Source: Campylobacterota bacterium
Lineage (GTDB): Bacteria > Campylobacterota > Campylobacteria > Campylobacterales > Arcobacteraceae
NCBI GenBank assembly: GCA_051746405.1
Contig: JBNJFB010000030.1
Location: forward strand, 1-27,763
Length of the DNA: 27,763 bases
Direction of reading: 5' to 3'
Shown here: positions 1 through 9,716 of the stretch, in pieces
Position numbering within the stretch: the first letter of the stretch is position 1
How the letters are laid out: each line of letters begins with the position of its first letter
The notes under the pieces: generated by a model
Database searches by the model: none
What the model saw: the letters and a program-made list of their open reading frames with translations, nothing else
What the model was told of the DNA's origin: nothing
Position numbers and translations under genes: made by a program

Positions 1-1
1 T

Positions 2-913
2 TTAAAAGCTGCACAAAAAGTACTTGAAGAGAAAACTGCAAAAGTTGTTTTAATTGGTAATGAAGATAGAATCAAATCTGATGCATCTTCTTGTGATGCG
101 AATATTGAAGGTGCAACTATTGTTGATCCAAAAAACTTTGATAATATTGATAGATATGTTGATGAGTTAGTTGAACTAAGAAAGAAAAAGGGTTTAACTA
201 AAGAAGAAGCTACTGAAATAATGACAACAGAGCCTAGATTCTTTGGTTGTATGATGGTAAGACTTGGTGATGCTGATGGTTTAGTTGCAGGTTCTAACTC
301 ACCAACTGCTGATGTTTTAAAAGCTGCTATTCAAGTTATTAAAACTGCACCTGGAATAAATACAGTTTCATCTGCATTTATTATGGAAACAGCTGATGGT
401 AAGTTTGGTGATAATGGACTAATTTTATTTGCAGATTGTGCAGTTATTCCAGAACCAAATGCTGAACAACTTGCAGATATTGCTTGTGCAACTGTGGCAA
501 CTGCTTCTAGTGTTGTTGGATTAGATCCTAAAGTTGCTATGTTATCTTTCTCAACTAAAGGAAGTGCAAACCATCCATTAGTTGATAAAGTACAGTATGC
601 TGTTGATTTATTACAAGAGAGAAATGTTGATTTCCCATTTGATGGTGAGTTACAAGCTGATGCTGCTATTGTTGAGTCTGTTGGAGCTAAAAAAGCACCT
701 GATTCACAAGTTGCAGGTAAAGCTAATGTGCTTGTATTCCCTGACTTACAGTCTGGAAATATTGGATACAAACTAGTACAAAGATTTTCAGGAGCTGCTG
801 CTCATGGTCCTGTTGTTCAAGGTTTAGCAAAACCTGTAAATGACCTTTCAAGAGGTTGTTCAGTTGATGATATTGCAAACCTAGTAGCTATTACAGCAAC
901 ACAAATTAAGTAA
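2..913 (+). CDS. pta: Phosphate acetyltransferase (phosphotransacetylase), 5' end lies outside the window
   Basis: The frame is open from base 2 (LKAAQKVLEEKTAKVVLIGNEDRIK...) through the listed Met at 221. Motifs ADGLVAG, FADCAV, SFSTKGS, DGELQADAA, GNIGYK and PVNDLSRG are present, and ackA follows. Confidence 0.96.
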   Translation, partial: LKAAQKVLEEKTAKVVLIGNEDRIKSDASSCDANIEGATIVDPKNFDNIDRYVDELVELRKKKGLTKEEATEIMTTEPRFFGCMMVRLGDADGLVAGSNSPTADVLKAAIQVIKTAPGINTVSSAFIMETADGKFGDNGLILFADCAVIPEPNAEQLADIACATVATASSVVGLDPKVAMLSFSTKGSANHPLVDKVQYAVDLLQERNVDFPFDGELQADAAIVESVGAKKAPDSQVAGKANVLVFPDLQSGNIGYKLVQRFSGAAAHGPVVQGLAKPVNDLSRGCSVDDIANLVAITATQIK

Positions 914-953
914 TTTAAATCAAAATAACAAACAAATAAAAAGGAAGCAAAAT

Positions 954-2153
954 ATGTTAGTATTTATTTTAAACGCAGGAAGTTCTTCGTTAAAGTATCA
1001 ATTAATGAACCCAGTTACAAAAGAGAATTTGGCATCAGGTATCTGTGAAAGAATTGGAATTGATGGTGTTTTAAAACATGAGTTTGGTGAAGATCAAGAG
1101 CTAAAAGTTGACTTAGATATGCCAACACATAAAGAGGCTATTGAGTTAGTTTTAAGAACTTTAACTGATGGTGAGGGTAAAGTTATCGAATCAACTGATG
1201 AAATTGAAGCTATTGGACACAGAGCAGTTCACGGTGGAGAAGAGTTTGCATCATCTGTTTTAGTTACAGATCAAGTAATTAACACTATGAAAAAATTAAT
1301 TCCATTAGCACCACTACATAACCCTGCAAATATCATGGGAATGGAGATTTGTAAAGAGTTAATGCCTGGTAAACCAAATGTAGCTGTATTTGATACTGCA
1401 TTCCACCAAACTATGCCTGATTATGCTTATATGTACGCATTACCATATGACCAATATGAAAAGCACCAAATTAGAAAATATGGTTTCCACGGAACTTCTC
1501 ACTTCTTCGTTTCAAATGAAGCTAGAAAAATGTTAGATAAAAAACAGAATACTAGAGTTATCGTATGTCATTTAGGTAATGGTTCTTCTGTATCAGCTGT
1601 TCAAAATGGTGAGTGTATTGACACATCTATGGGTCTTACTCCTGTTCAAGGTTTAATGATGGGTACAAGAGCTGGTGATGTAGGTGCTGGTGCATTACAG
1701 TATATGATGAGCCAAGAGAATATTACTATTGATGATGCATTAAATGTGATGAATAAAAAATCAGGTATCTTAGGTATTTCAGGAAAATCATCTGACTTAA
1801 GAGAAGTATTAGATGGTATGTCAAAAGGTGATGATAGATGTAGATTAGCTGTAGATATGGTTGCTTATAATATCAAAAAATATGTTGGTTCTTATGTTGC
1901 TGCATTAGATGGAATTGATGCGCTATGTTTCACAGGTGGTATTGGTGAAAATGCTGCACTTATTAGAGAAAAAGTTTGTGCTGGTTTAGATGCTATGGGA
2001 TTAGTTATTGACCCTGTTAAAAACAACAAAAGATCAAAAGAAGCAAGAGATATTGCTACAAATGGTTCAGCTTCAAGAATCTTTGTTATTCCTACAAATG
2101 AAGAGTTTGTTATTGCAAATGATACTTACAAAATTGTTTCAGAATCAAAATAG
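954..2153 (+). CDS. ackA: Acetate kinase
   Basis: Motifs NAGSSSLK, GHRAVHGG, APLHNP, FDTAFH, YGFHGTSH, CHLGNG, DTSMG, FTGGIGEN and PTNEE. AAGGA RBS upstream. Confidence 0.98.
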   Translation: MLVFILNAGSSSLKYQLMNPVTKENLASGICERIGIDGVLKHEFGEDQELKVDLDMPTHKEAIELVLRTLTDGEGKVIESTDEIEAIGHRAVHGGEEFASSVLVTDQVINTMKKLIPLAPLHNPANIMGMEICKELMPGKPNVAVFDTAFHQTMPDYAYMYALPYDQYEKHQIRKYGFHGTSHFFVSNEARKMLDKKQNTRVIVCHLGNGSSVSAVQNGECIDTSMGLTPVQGLMMGTRAGDVGAGALQYMMSQENITIDDALNVMNKKSGILGISGKSSDLREVLDGMSKGDDRCRLAVDMVAYNIKKYVGSYVAALDGIDALCFTGGIGENAALIREKVCAGLDAMGLVIDPVKNNKRSKEARDIATNGSASRIFVIPTNEEFVIANDTYKIVSESK

Positions 2154-2161
2154 ATTTATAC

Positions 2162-2195
2162 TATTAAAAGGTGAGGATAACCTCACTTTTTAATA
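2162..2195. terminator. Probable bidirectional intrinsic terminator between convergent ackA and sppA
   Basis: Inverted repeat tattaaaaggtgagg-ataa-cctcactttttaata: 15-bp arms with one G-U position, an A-tract on the left and a T-tract on the right. Confidence 0.85.
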
Positions 2196-3074
2196 AGCTT
2201 TTAAAGAAGATTGTAACTTACTTGCTATATTAGTTGTTGCTTCATTTATAACTCTATCTATAAACTTTTCAAACTTATCTTGTTTTTGCCATATAGGAAT
2301 ATCTACTTTAGATAACTTTTCCACTTGACTTTTTGCATATGTTAAAGTAGCAACCTCATCAATTAATTTTACATCCTTAGCTTGTCTTGCTGTAAAGATA
2401 TGTGCATCTGCATAGTTTTCATGATTAGACTTTTTCAAACCCCTTGCACTACTAACATCTGTTATAAAAATATCATAAGTATCTTCAATAACTTTTTCTA
2501 ACTCCTCTTTTTCATAAGAGGTCCAAGTTCTTGTAAATGTACCTGATTCTTTATATTTTCCTGCTTTTACTGTTTGGGTTTCAATGCCTATTTTATCCAT
2601 TAGCTCTTCTACATTTGTACCTTGCAAAATAACCCCAATAGAGCCAATCATACTTCCTGGATTTGCAATAATTTGATTTGCCCAAATTGAAGCATAATAA
2701 CTTCCACTTGCCATAACCCCACTTGCATATGCTACCACAGGTTTAAGCTTATTTAACTCTTTTATAGCATAAGCTATCTCAATTGATGGAGCAACTGCGC
2801 CACCTGGTGAGTTTACTACAAGTAGTACACCCTTGATATTTTTATCTGTTTTTGCTTTATTTATTTGCTCTATTACTTTATTAGAGTCCAAAATAGGTCC
2901 ACTAAGCTCTATTTTTTGTAGATTTGCTTTTTGCATTTGAGATATATTATTACTATTTGTATCAAATACAATAAAATACATTATTGTCAAAAATACAACT
3001 GTTTTAAAATATTTTGTAATAAAATCTAAAATAGCAATAACTGGAGAAAACAGCTTTTTAAAAAAACTAAACAT
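2190..3074 (-). CDS. sppA: Signal peptide peptidase SppA (S49, short form)
   Basis: N-terminal TM segment, VNSPGG, KPVVAY, ASGSYY catalytic-Ser region, GSIGVI and KAGKYK. Confidence 0.93.
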   Translation of the reverse strand: MFSFFKKLFSPVIAILDFITKYFKTVVFLTIMYFIVFDTNSNNISQMQKANLQKIELSGPILDSNKVIEQINKAKTDKNIKGVLLVVNSPGGAVAPSIEIAYAIKELNKLKPVVAYASGVMASGSYYASIWANQIIANPGSMIGSIGVILQGTNVEELMDKIGIETQTVKAGKYKESGTFTRTWTSYEKEELEKVIEDTYDIFITDVSSARGLKKSNHENYADAHIFTARQAKDVKLIDEVATLTYAKSQVEKLSKVDIPIWQKQDKFEKFIDRVINEATTNIASKLQSSLKAY

Positions 3075-4293
3075 CTTGTCCTCCTATTATTGTTTTGTTT
3101 ACATACTTTGTATGCAGTATTATATGTGTTGCTAAATCTTCTTTATATTTCACACTTGATGGTAAAGATATAGCTATAATATCTGCATCTTTATTCTCTT
3201 TTAATACACCTTTATTTAAACCTAATGCCCTACTTCCATGTACTGTTGCTGCTTTTAAAAGTCTTTTTGAAAAATCTTCACTATTTTGATTAGTATGTAC
3301 CATAAGTGCATTTCTTAACTCATCAAACATAGATAAAGAGTTATTTGAGCTAAGTCCATCTGTTCCTATACTAAAATCAATTCCTCGTGGTAACTTATCT
3401 AAGTTAAGTTTACTATTACTTAGTAGTCTATTTGAAGTTACACAGTGATTAATGATACCTTTTAACTCTTTTATTTTTTCAAAATCTTTTATGCTAGCTT
3501 CAACACAATGGGTAAAAGATAGTGTATTTAGGTTTTTAAACTGATTTAAGAACTCTATTGGCTTTGTAACTGCTTTGTCTTGACCTAAGAACTCTTTAAA
3601 AAAGTTTATAAATGCCCCATCATTTCTATGTAACCACTCATACTCTTGTGGTGACTCCATAAAGTGTGCGGTAACTGCAAGTGATCTCTGCCTTGCTATA
3701 TTTAAAACTTCCCTTACTAAAAAAGGATGAACTGAGTATGGAGAGTGAATTGCTATTGCGGGGATAAAACTTCTAGATGAGTTATTAATTGCATTTTCTA
3801 ATCGTGATTTAAAATCATCAAATAAAGTATCAACCATATCAGCTCTACTTCCAATAACTTCACAAAAAAATACAGTATTTAAATCAGACTTTACACAAGC
3901 TTCTAAATCAAAAGAGTAAGAGGATATTGCACCAAATGTAGTTGTACCTGTTTTTTTCATCTTCTTTAATCTATGTTCAATTAAAGTTTTATTAGCTTTT
4001 TCTACAAGAGACTCTCTACTTTTTATAACTGAATTTAGCCAATCCATAAAGTTTCCATATTTTAAGGAGGTGCTATTTGCACTAAACTCCATATGTACAT
4101 GGGAGTTTATTAATCCTGGCATTAAAACTGTATTTGGTTTAGACTCATTTATATATAGATTTGGATATTTTTTTTCGATATTTTTTTTTGTATCAACATC
4201 TATAATATGTTGATCATAAACAATAGCACCATTTTCAATGATGCTATTGTTTTCATCACAGGTAAGTACCCATTTTGCAGCTATTACTTGCAT
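3067..4293 (-). CDS. Metal-dependent amidohydrolase, probable aminofutalosine deaminase of the futalosine menaquinone pathway (MqnF-like)
   Basis: PGLINSHVHMEF (HxH), HSPYS, AHFMES and GTDGLSSN. Position directly upstream of sppA matches the arrangement I recall from Campylobacter. The family is secure; the substrate is inferred. Confidence 0.8.
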   Translation of the reverse strand: MQVIAAKWVLTCDENNSIIENGAIVYDQHIIDVDTKKNIEKKYPNLYINESKPNTVLMPGLINSHVHMEFSANSTSLKYGNFMDWLNSVIKSRESLVEKANKTLIEHRLKKMKKTGTTTFGAISSYSFDLEACVKSDLNTVFFCEVIGSRADMVDTLFDDFKSRLENAINNSSRSFIPAIAIHSPYSVHPFLVREVLNIARQRSLAVTAHFMESPQEYEWLHRNDGAFINFFKEFLGQDKAVTKPIEFLNQFKNLNTLSFTHCVEASIKDFEKIKELKGIINHCVTSNRLLSNSKLNLDKLPRGIDFSIGTDGLSSNNSLSMFDELRNALMVHTNQNSEDFSKRLLKAATVHGSRALGLNKGVLKENKDADIIAISLPSSVKYKEDLATHIILHTKYVNKTIIGGQDV

Positions 4294-4299
4294 TGGAAT

Positions 4300-4770
4300 T
4301 TATTCAGTCTCAGAAGCTTGCTGTTGAGCTGCTTTAATTTCAGATATAATTTGCATTAATGCAATTAATCCCATGTGATATCCAAAAGGTCCAAACCCTG
4401 TAACTACACCTGTACTAGCAGATGCTGTAACTGATTTTTGTCTAAACTCTTCTCTTTTATAGATATTTGAAATATGAACTTCTACAGTTGGTAGTTCAAC
4501 TGCTGATAATGCATCTCTTATAGCAATTGAAGTGTGAGAGTATGCAGCGGGATTAATCATAATTCCATCAACTTCACCTAAACACTCTTGAACTTTGTCC
4601 ACAATCTCACCTTCTAAATTTGATTGGAAAAACTCTAATTCAACTCCATTTTGAGCTGCTGCATTTTTTAACTGCTCATGAATCTGTTCTAAGTTCATTG
4701 GACCATAAATATTCTGTTCTCTAATTCCTAACATATTTAAATTAGGTCCTTGAATAACTGCTATTTTCAT
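4300..4770 (-). CDS. aroQ: Type II 3-dehydroquinate dehydratase
   Basis: [40 protein letters not shown] and [14 protein letters not shown]. Confidence 0.98.
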   Translation of the reverse strand: MKIAVIQGPNLNMLGIREQNIYGPMNLEQIHEQLKNAAAQNGVELEFFQSNLEGEIVDKVQECLGEVDGIMINPAAYSHTSIAIRDALSAVELPTVEVHISNIYKREEFRQKSVTASASTGVVTGFGPFGYHMGLIALMQIISEIKAAQQQASETE

Positions 4771-4800
4771 ATTATATTCCTTTTATAAAATTTAGATAAG

Positions 4801-4806
4801 ATTATA
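4801..4806 (-). promoter_or_regulatory. Candidate -10 box (TATAAT) for aroQ-mqnF-sppA in the divergent intergenic region
   Basis: Plus-strand attata reads TATAAT on the minus strand, about 30 nt upstream of the aroQ start, with an AAGGA RBS in between. Confidence 0.5.
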
Positions 4807-4847
4807 TTTAAATTTATGTTAAATCATACCAATACAAGAGAGTAATT

Positions 4848-5873
4848 ATGAAAAATTTTATATTAGTTAACGAAAATGCTATATATTATGAAGCTAACTT
4901 CTCATGTGATAACGTTATTTTTCTAAAACTTGGAAAAGAGCAGTTTTTTATCACAGATGCAAGATACACAACCGAAGCTAAAGAGTTTGCAAAAAACTGC
5001 AATGTAATTGAGTCTTCAAATCTAATAAAAACAGCTATTGATATATTGTCTAAAAATAGAATCAAAAAGATTGTTTTTGATCCAAATGATTTTACTTACA
5101 GTATGTTTTTGAAAATATCTGAAAATTTGAAAACTCAGTTCATCCCTGAAGAGAACTTCTCTAAATTAAGAAGAATAGTAAAAACTAACAATGAGATACA
5201 ATATCTTAAAAAAGCTTCAAAACTTGGGAGACAAGGATTTAAAGATTTAGCAAAGTATATTAAGAAAAATGGATTTAATCAAACAGAAGAGTACTTACAT
5301 TTTAAAGCAATTGAAAAGCTTACAAAAAGTGGAAAACTAGATGTTAGTTTTGACCCTATTGTTGCTATTAATAAAAATGCAGCAAAGCCACATGCACTAC
5401 CAACTAAAAAAAGGTTAGAATTAAATGACTTAATTCTTGTGGATGCAGGAGTAAAATATAAAAGATACTGCTCTGATAGAACTTGTACTTCAAATGTAAA
5501 CTTTGAAACATTTAACTTCAAAAGAGAACAATACTTTAAGAAAAGAAGTGAACAAAAGATTTATGATATAGTCTATAAAGCTCAACAAAAAGCTATAAAA
5601 AAAGCAAGAGTTGGAATGAAAGCTAGTCAAGTTGATAAAATAGCTAGAGATGTGATTCAAAAAGCAGGATATGAAAAATATTTTGTTCACAGCACTGGTC
5701 ATGGGGTAGGAATTGATATTCATGAGTTTCCAAATATCAATGCAAGAAGTGAAGTTATTTTAGAGGATAATATGGTATTTACTGTAGAACCTGGAATATA
5801 TCTACCAAATAATTTTGGAGTAAGAATAGAAGATACTGTTGTGATGAAAAATGGAAAAGCAGAAATACTGTAA
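4848..5873 (+). CDS. Xaa-Pro aminopeptidase/prolidase (M24B family)
   Basis: TDARY, PHA, DAGVKYKRYCSDRT, HSTGHGVGIDIHEFP, TVEPGIY and GVRIED. Confidence 0.95.
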   Translation: MKNFILVNENAIYYEANFSCDNVIFLKLGKEQFFITDARYTTEAKEFAKNCNVIESSNLIKTAIDILSKNRIKKIVFDPNDFTYSMFLKISENLKTQFIPEENFSKLRRIVKTNNEIQYLKKASKLGRQGFKDLAKYIKKNGFNQTEEYLHFKAIEKLTKSGKLDVSFDPIVAINKNAAKPHALPTKKRLELNDLILVDAGVKYKRYCSDRTCTSNVNFETFNFKREQYFKKRSEQKIYDIVYKAQQKAIKKARVGMKASQVDKIARDVIQKAGYEKYFVHSTGHGVGIDIHEFPNINARSEVILEDNMVFTVEPGIYLPNNFGVRIEDTVVMKNGKAEIL

Positions 5874-5945
5874 AAGTCATTTTTTGCAAAAATAAACTTT
5901 ACTATTTTAGTAAGGTTTGAATTTAAGCTTTAAAAGAAGAGAAAT

Positions 5946-6437
5946 TTGAAAAAAAAATTATCAAAGAATTTAACAATTTTTAAGACTCCTAATTTTCCTT
6001 TTAAAAGCAGTAAGGTATCAAACAAAAAACACCTTGTAACTATTGGTATTGGAGGAAATCAAGGAGATGTGAAAAAAACTTTTAATAAGCTTTTTTTATA
6101 TTTAAACTCAAACACAAAATTTGATTTACTTATATCAAGTCCACTGCTTTTAAATCCACCCTTTGGATACTTGAATCAAAATGAGTTTTTAAATGGTATA
6201 ATTCAGCTTAAAACTAATCTTAGTGTAAATGATTTTTTTAAAATTATGCAAAGGTATGAGCACAGATTAAAAAGAAAACGTTCTTTTAAAGATGCTCCAA
6301 GAACTCTAGATATTGATATTATTTTTTTTCATAATAAACAAATCAATACAAAAAAATTAACTATTCCACATAAAGCTTGGGCAAAAAGAGAGTCTGTAAC
6401 TATTCCTTTGAAATATATAACAAAAGTATTAAAGTAA
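5946..6437 (+). CDS. folK: 2-amino-4-hydroxy-6-hydroxymethyldihydropteridine diphosphokinase
   Basis: IGIGGNQG, PFGY..Q..FLN, APRTLDIDI and LTIPH. TTG start; exact start uncertain. Confidence 0.93.
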   Translation: MKKKLSKNLTIFKTPNFPFKSSKVSNKKHLVTIGIGGNQGDVKKTFNKLFLYLNSNTKFDLLISSPLLLNPPFGYLNQNEFLNGIIQLKTNLSVNDFFKIMQRYEHRLKRKRSFKDAPRTLDIDIIFFHNKQINTKKLTIPHKAWAKRESVTIPLKYITKVLK

Positions 6438-6446
6438 GGAACTTAT

Positions 6447-7484
6447 ATGAGTAAAGAGAAAGTAATGGTAGGTATGAGTGGTGGTATAGATTCATCAGTT
6501 ACTGCATACATGCTACAAAAAGAGGGTTATGAAGTTGAGGGTTGTTATTTAAAGCTTCACAATAGAGATGATGGATATCATGAGTCAAACATAGGTTATA
6601 TTGAAAAAGTAGCTGAGTTTTTAGGTATAAAATATCATGTATTAGATATTGCAAATCAGTTTACTCAAGAGGTATATGACTACTTTGTGGATTCTTATTT
6701 GCAAGGGACTACTCCTAATCCATGTGTAAAATGTAATAGACAAATAAAATTTGGTGCTATGCTTGATTTTGCAAAGAAGCATGGTGCTTCTTATCTAGCA
6801 ACAGGACACTATGCCAAAACAGATGGAGAGTTTATATATCAAGCTGAGGATATGAGTAAAGATCAAAGCTACTTTTTATCACAAGTTGAAAAAGATGCAT
6901 TGCCTTTTATGATGTTTCCAATGAGTAACTACAAAAAAGAGGATATTGTAAAACTTGGTGCATCTTTAGATGAGTCTTACAAGAAAATTACTCAAAAAAA
7001 TGAATCTCAAGAGATTTGCTTTGTTGATACAGTTTATACTGATGTGGTTAAAAGACATGCAAATATTGACCAACCAGGTGATGTTTTAGATGAAAATGGT
7101 AACGTAGTAGGACAACACAAAGGTTATGCACACTATACCATTGGTAAAAGAAGAGGTTTTACTGTTCATGGTGCACATGACCCACATTTTGTTACAAAGC
7201 TAAACCCTAAGGACAATACTATCACAGTTGGTAAAAAAGCAGCTCTTGAAGTAAATGAAGTTATTGCAACAAATCTAAATATGTTTATTAATGAAAAAGA
7301 GTTTGATTCAACAGTAAAATTAAGGTATAGATCAACCTCAACACCATGTCATGTAAAAATAGAAAATGATAAAGCAGTTATAACACTAAAAGAGCCTGCA
7401 TTTGGTGTAGCAGCTGGTCAACTTGCTGTATTTTATGATGATAATAAAGTAATAGGTAGTGGATGGATTGCCACAGCTAAATAA
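6447..7484 (+). CDS. mnmA: tRNA 2-thiouridine(34) synthase
   Basis: GMSGGIDSS PP-loop, TPNPCVKCN, ATGHYA, KDQSYFL, ESQEICF, YTIGKRRG and GQLAVFY. Confidence 0.97.
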   Translation: MSKEKVMVGMSGGIDSSVTAYMLQKEGYEVEGCYLKLHNRDDGYHESNIGYIEKVAEFLGIKYHVLDIANQFTQEVYDYFVDSYLQGTTPNPCVKCNRQIKFGAMLDFAKKHGASYLATGHYAKTDGEFIYQAEDMSKDQSYFLSQVEKDALPFMMFPMSNYKKEDIVKLGASLDESYKKITQKNESQEICFVDTVYTDVVKRHANIDQPGDVLDENGNVVGQHKGYAHYTIGKRRGFTVHGAHDPHFVTKLNPKDNTITVGKKAALEVNEVIATNLNMFINEKEFDSTVKLRYRSTSTPCHVKIENDKAVITLKEPAFGVAAGQLAVFYDDNKVIGSGWIATAK

Positions 7485-7505
7485 GAAGACTCCCTTCTTA
7501 TTTAG
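7477..7505 (+). terminator. Hairpin over the mnmA stop codon, possible terminator
   Basis: Perfect 12-bp inverted repeat ctaaataagaag-actcc-cttcttatttag. The stem is AT-rich and there is no separate U tail. Confidence 0.55.
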
Positions 7506-7591
7506 AAAAATACAAACTTCTTAAATAACATTTCATTAAGTACACTTTAGATAAAATGCCTTTATACAACAATCAAATCAAGGAAAATTAT

Positions 7592-8524
7592 ATGTCAACA
7601 TTTAAGCTTTTTAGTGGTTCAGCGAACCCTGAATTTACACAAAAGGTTGCTGATTATTTAGGTGTGCCTGTGTCTAATGCTACGGTGAATAGATTTAGTG
7701 ATGGAGAGTTATCTGTACAAATAACTGAAAGTGTTAGAGGTCAAGATGTATTTATAATACAACCAACATGTGCCCCTGCAAATGATAATCTTATGGAACT
7801 TTTAATAATGGTAGATGCCTTAAAAAGATCAAGTGCAAAATCTATTTCTGCTGTTATTCCATACTATGGATATGCAAGACAAGATAGAAAAGCAGCTCCA
7901 AGGGTTCCAATTACAGCTAAATTAGTTGCTGATTTACTAGAAAAAGCTGGAATATCAAGAGTAGTTACTATTGATTTGCACGCAGCGCAAATTCAAGGAT
8001 TTTTTAATATACCTGCTGATAATTTATTTGGTTCAATTATGTTTGTGGACTACATAAGGTCAAAAAACTTTAAAAACCCAATTATTGCAAGTCCAGATAT
8101 TGGTGGAGTAGCAAGAGCACGGTCTTATGCGGATAAGCTAGATTATGATTTAGTAATTGTTGACAAAAAAAGAGAAAAAGCTAATGAGTCTGAAGTTATG
8201 AATATTATTGGTGATGTAAAAGACAAGGATGTTATACTAGTTGATGATATGATTGATACAGCAGGAACTTTAGTAAAAGCTGCTCAAGTACTTAAAAAGA
8301 GAGGTGCAAACTCTGTTATGGCTTGTTGTACACATGGTGTTTTAAGTGGTCCTGCATATGAAAGAATAGCAAATGGTGTTTTAGATGAATTAGTTGTTTC
8401 AGACACAATTCCTACACAAAAAGATGCTAAAAAGATTACAGTTTTATCAGCTTCTGTTATGATAGGTGAAACTATTAGAAGAATTCACAATAATGAATCA
8501 GTAAATTCAATATTTATTGCTTAA
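7592..8524 (+). CDS. prs: Ribose-phosphate pyrophosphokinase
   Basis: FSDGE, PYYGYARQDRK, DLHAAQIQGFF, SPDIGG and VDDMIDTAGT. Start moved from 7556 to the ATG at 7592 (MSTFKLFSG), which has an AAGGA RBS. Confidence 0.97.
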   Translation: MSTFKLFSGSANPEFTQKVADYLGVPVSNATVNRFSDGELSVQITESVRGQDVFIIQPTCAPANDNLMELLIMVDALKRSSAKSISAVIPYYGYARQDRKAAPRVPITAKLVADLLEKAGISRVVTIDLHAAQIQGFFNIPADNLFGSIMFVDYIRSKNFKNPIIASPDIGGVARARSYADKLDYDLVIVDKKREKANESEVMNIIGDVKDKDVILVDDMIDTAGTLVKAAQVLKKRGANSVMACCTHGVLSGPAYERIANGVLDELVVSDTIPTQKDAKKITVLSASVMIGETIRRIHNNESVNSIFIA

Positions 8525-8563
8525 GAATCTTTTTTATTTGAGATTAATTTATTATTGTTAGGA

Positions 8564-8569
8564 TATAAT
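8564..8569 (+). promoter_or_regulatory. Candidate -10 box for the OmpA/CadF-like gene
   Basis: ggaTATAAT preceded by T-rich tracts, 31 nt before an ATG with an AAGGA RBS. Confidence 0.6.
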
Positions 8570-8600
8570 GCAGAAAAATTATAAAGAATAAGGATATATA

Positions 8601-9701
8601 ATGAAAAAACTTTTATTATCAACAATGGCATGTGCTAGTTTAATGTTTGCAAATGCAGCTGAATATAAATACGAAATAACTCCAATGGTTGCAGGAAGTG
8701 TAACTGAGGGAAATACTGATTTAGAAAAACACTTTACAAGTGGTGGAGCATCTATTGGATTTAACCAAATAGGTGACTCTATGTTTGACCAAATTGAGCT
8801 TGGTTTTTTAAGAAGTTTACAAGATGTGGATTATGATGGTGTAAATAGAGACACAGGAGTTACAAGAGTTTTCTCAAACTTAATCAAAGAGTATCCACTA
8901 AATGATAAAACATCATTCTATGCACTTATTGGTGCAGGTGTTGAGCTTTTTGATGATGAGTTTGCAAATAATGAGAGCGGATTATTTGGTAACTATGGTG
9001 CTGGTATCAAATATGAATTAATGGATAAACTATCTTTAAAATTTGATTTAAGACACGCAATTGAAACAGATCACGGTGATAATACTTTACTATATACTTT
9101 AGGTCTTTCAATGCCTTTTGGAGAAGTTACAAAACCTCAATTAGTAAAAAAAGAGCCTGCAAAGCCAGAACCAAAGCCAAAGCCAGTTGATTCTGATAAT
9201 GATGGTGTTATTGATGAAAATGACAAGTGTCCAAACTCTGTACCAAATGCAGTTGTGAACTCAATTGGTTGTGAAATGGATGATGATAATGATGGTGTTG
9301 TAAATAGGCTTGATATGTGTCCTAATACAATTAGTAATGTAAAAGTAGATAGCAAAGGTTGTATGGCTGTTGTTAATTTAAATATTAATTTTGATACAGA
9401 CTCATCAGATATTAAAGAAAAATATCAGCCAAGACTTGAAGAGTTTGCTACAGCTTTAAATGCAAATACAAAACTAAAAGCTACTATTGAAGCACATACA
9501 GACTCAAGAGGTCCAAAAAAATACAATAAAACTCTATCTCAACAAAGAGCTGCGGCTACAATAAAAGCTTTATCTCAACTTGAAGTTGACCCAAAAAGAT
9601 TAAAAGCAATTGGTTATGGTGAAACTAAACCTGTAGCTTCAAATGATACTAAAGAGGGTAGAGCTCAAAATAGAAGAGTTACTGCTACTATTGAAAAATA
9701 G
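8601..9701 (+). CDS. OmpA-family outer membrane protein (CadF/OprF-like): signal peptide, beta-barrel, Pro-rich linker, Asp-rich repeats, peptidoglycan-binding domain
   Basis: MKKLLL signal peptide; YEITP, YALIGAG and NYGAGIKY barrel strands; linker EPAKPEPKPKP; INFDTD, AHTDSRG, LSQQRA, GYGETKP and GRAQNRRV in the C-terminal domain. Confidence 0.93.
   Translation: MKKLLLSTMACASLMFANAAEYKYEITPMVAGSVTEGNTDLEKHFTSGGASIGFNQIGDSMFDQIELGFLRSLQDVDYDGVNRDTGVTRVFSNLIKEYPLNDKTSFYALIGAGVELFDDEFANNESGLFGNYGAGIKYELMDKLSLKFDLRHAIETDHGDNTLLYTLGLSMPFGEVTKPQLVKKEPAKPEPKPKPVDSDNDGVIDENDKCPNSVPNAVVNSIGCEMDDDNDGVVNRLDMCPNTISNVKVDSKGCMAVVNLNINFDTDSSDIKEKYQPRLEEFATALNANTKLKATIEAHTDSRGPKKYNKTLSQQRAAATIKALSQLEVDPKRLKAIGYGETKPVASNDTKEGRAQNRRVTATIEK
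9194..9299 (+). repeat. Two coding repeat units (30-aa period) of thrombospondin type-3-like DxDxDG..D.CP motifs
   Basis: tgataatgatggtgtt occurs at 9194-9209 and 9284-9299. Protein units are DSDNDGVIDENDKCPNS and DDDNDGVVNRLDMCPNT. Confidence 0.85.
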
Positions 9702-9716
9702 ATAATATTTTTAAAC

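Noticed and set aside
331..776. ORFs 331-771 (-) and 582-776 (+) overlapping pta
   Set aside because: Antisense or off-frame shadows of a well-conserved gene, with no recognisable motifs.
2008..2193. 61-aa ORF overlapping the ackA end
   Set aside because: Off-frame, runs through the terminator hairpin, no recognisable features.
5949..5957. A9/T9 homopolymers near the starts of folK, mqnF (4181-4189) and mnhE (21989-21997) as phase-variation switches
   Set aside because: All genes are in frame, such runs are common in AT-rich DNA, and Campylobacterota contingency loci are typically poly-G/C; none is present here.
7556..7591. 12-aa N-terminal extension of Prs
   Set aside because: The ATG at 7556 overlaps a likely -10 element (TAAAAT) and lacks an RBS; the ATG at 7592 has one.
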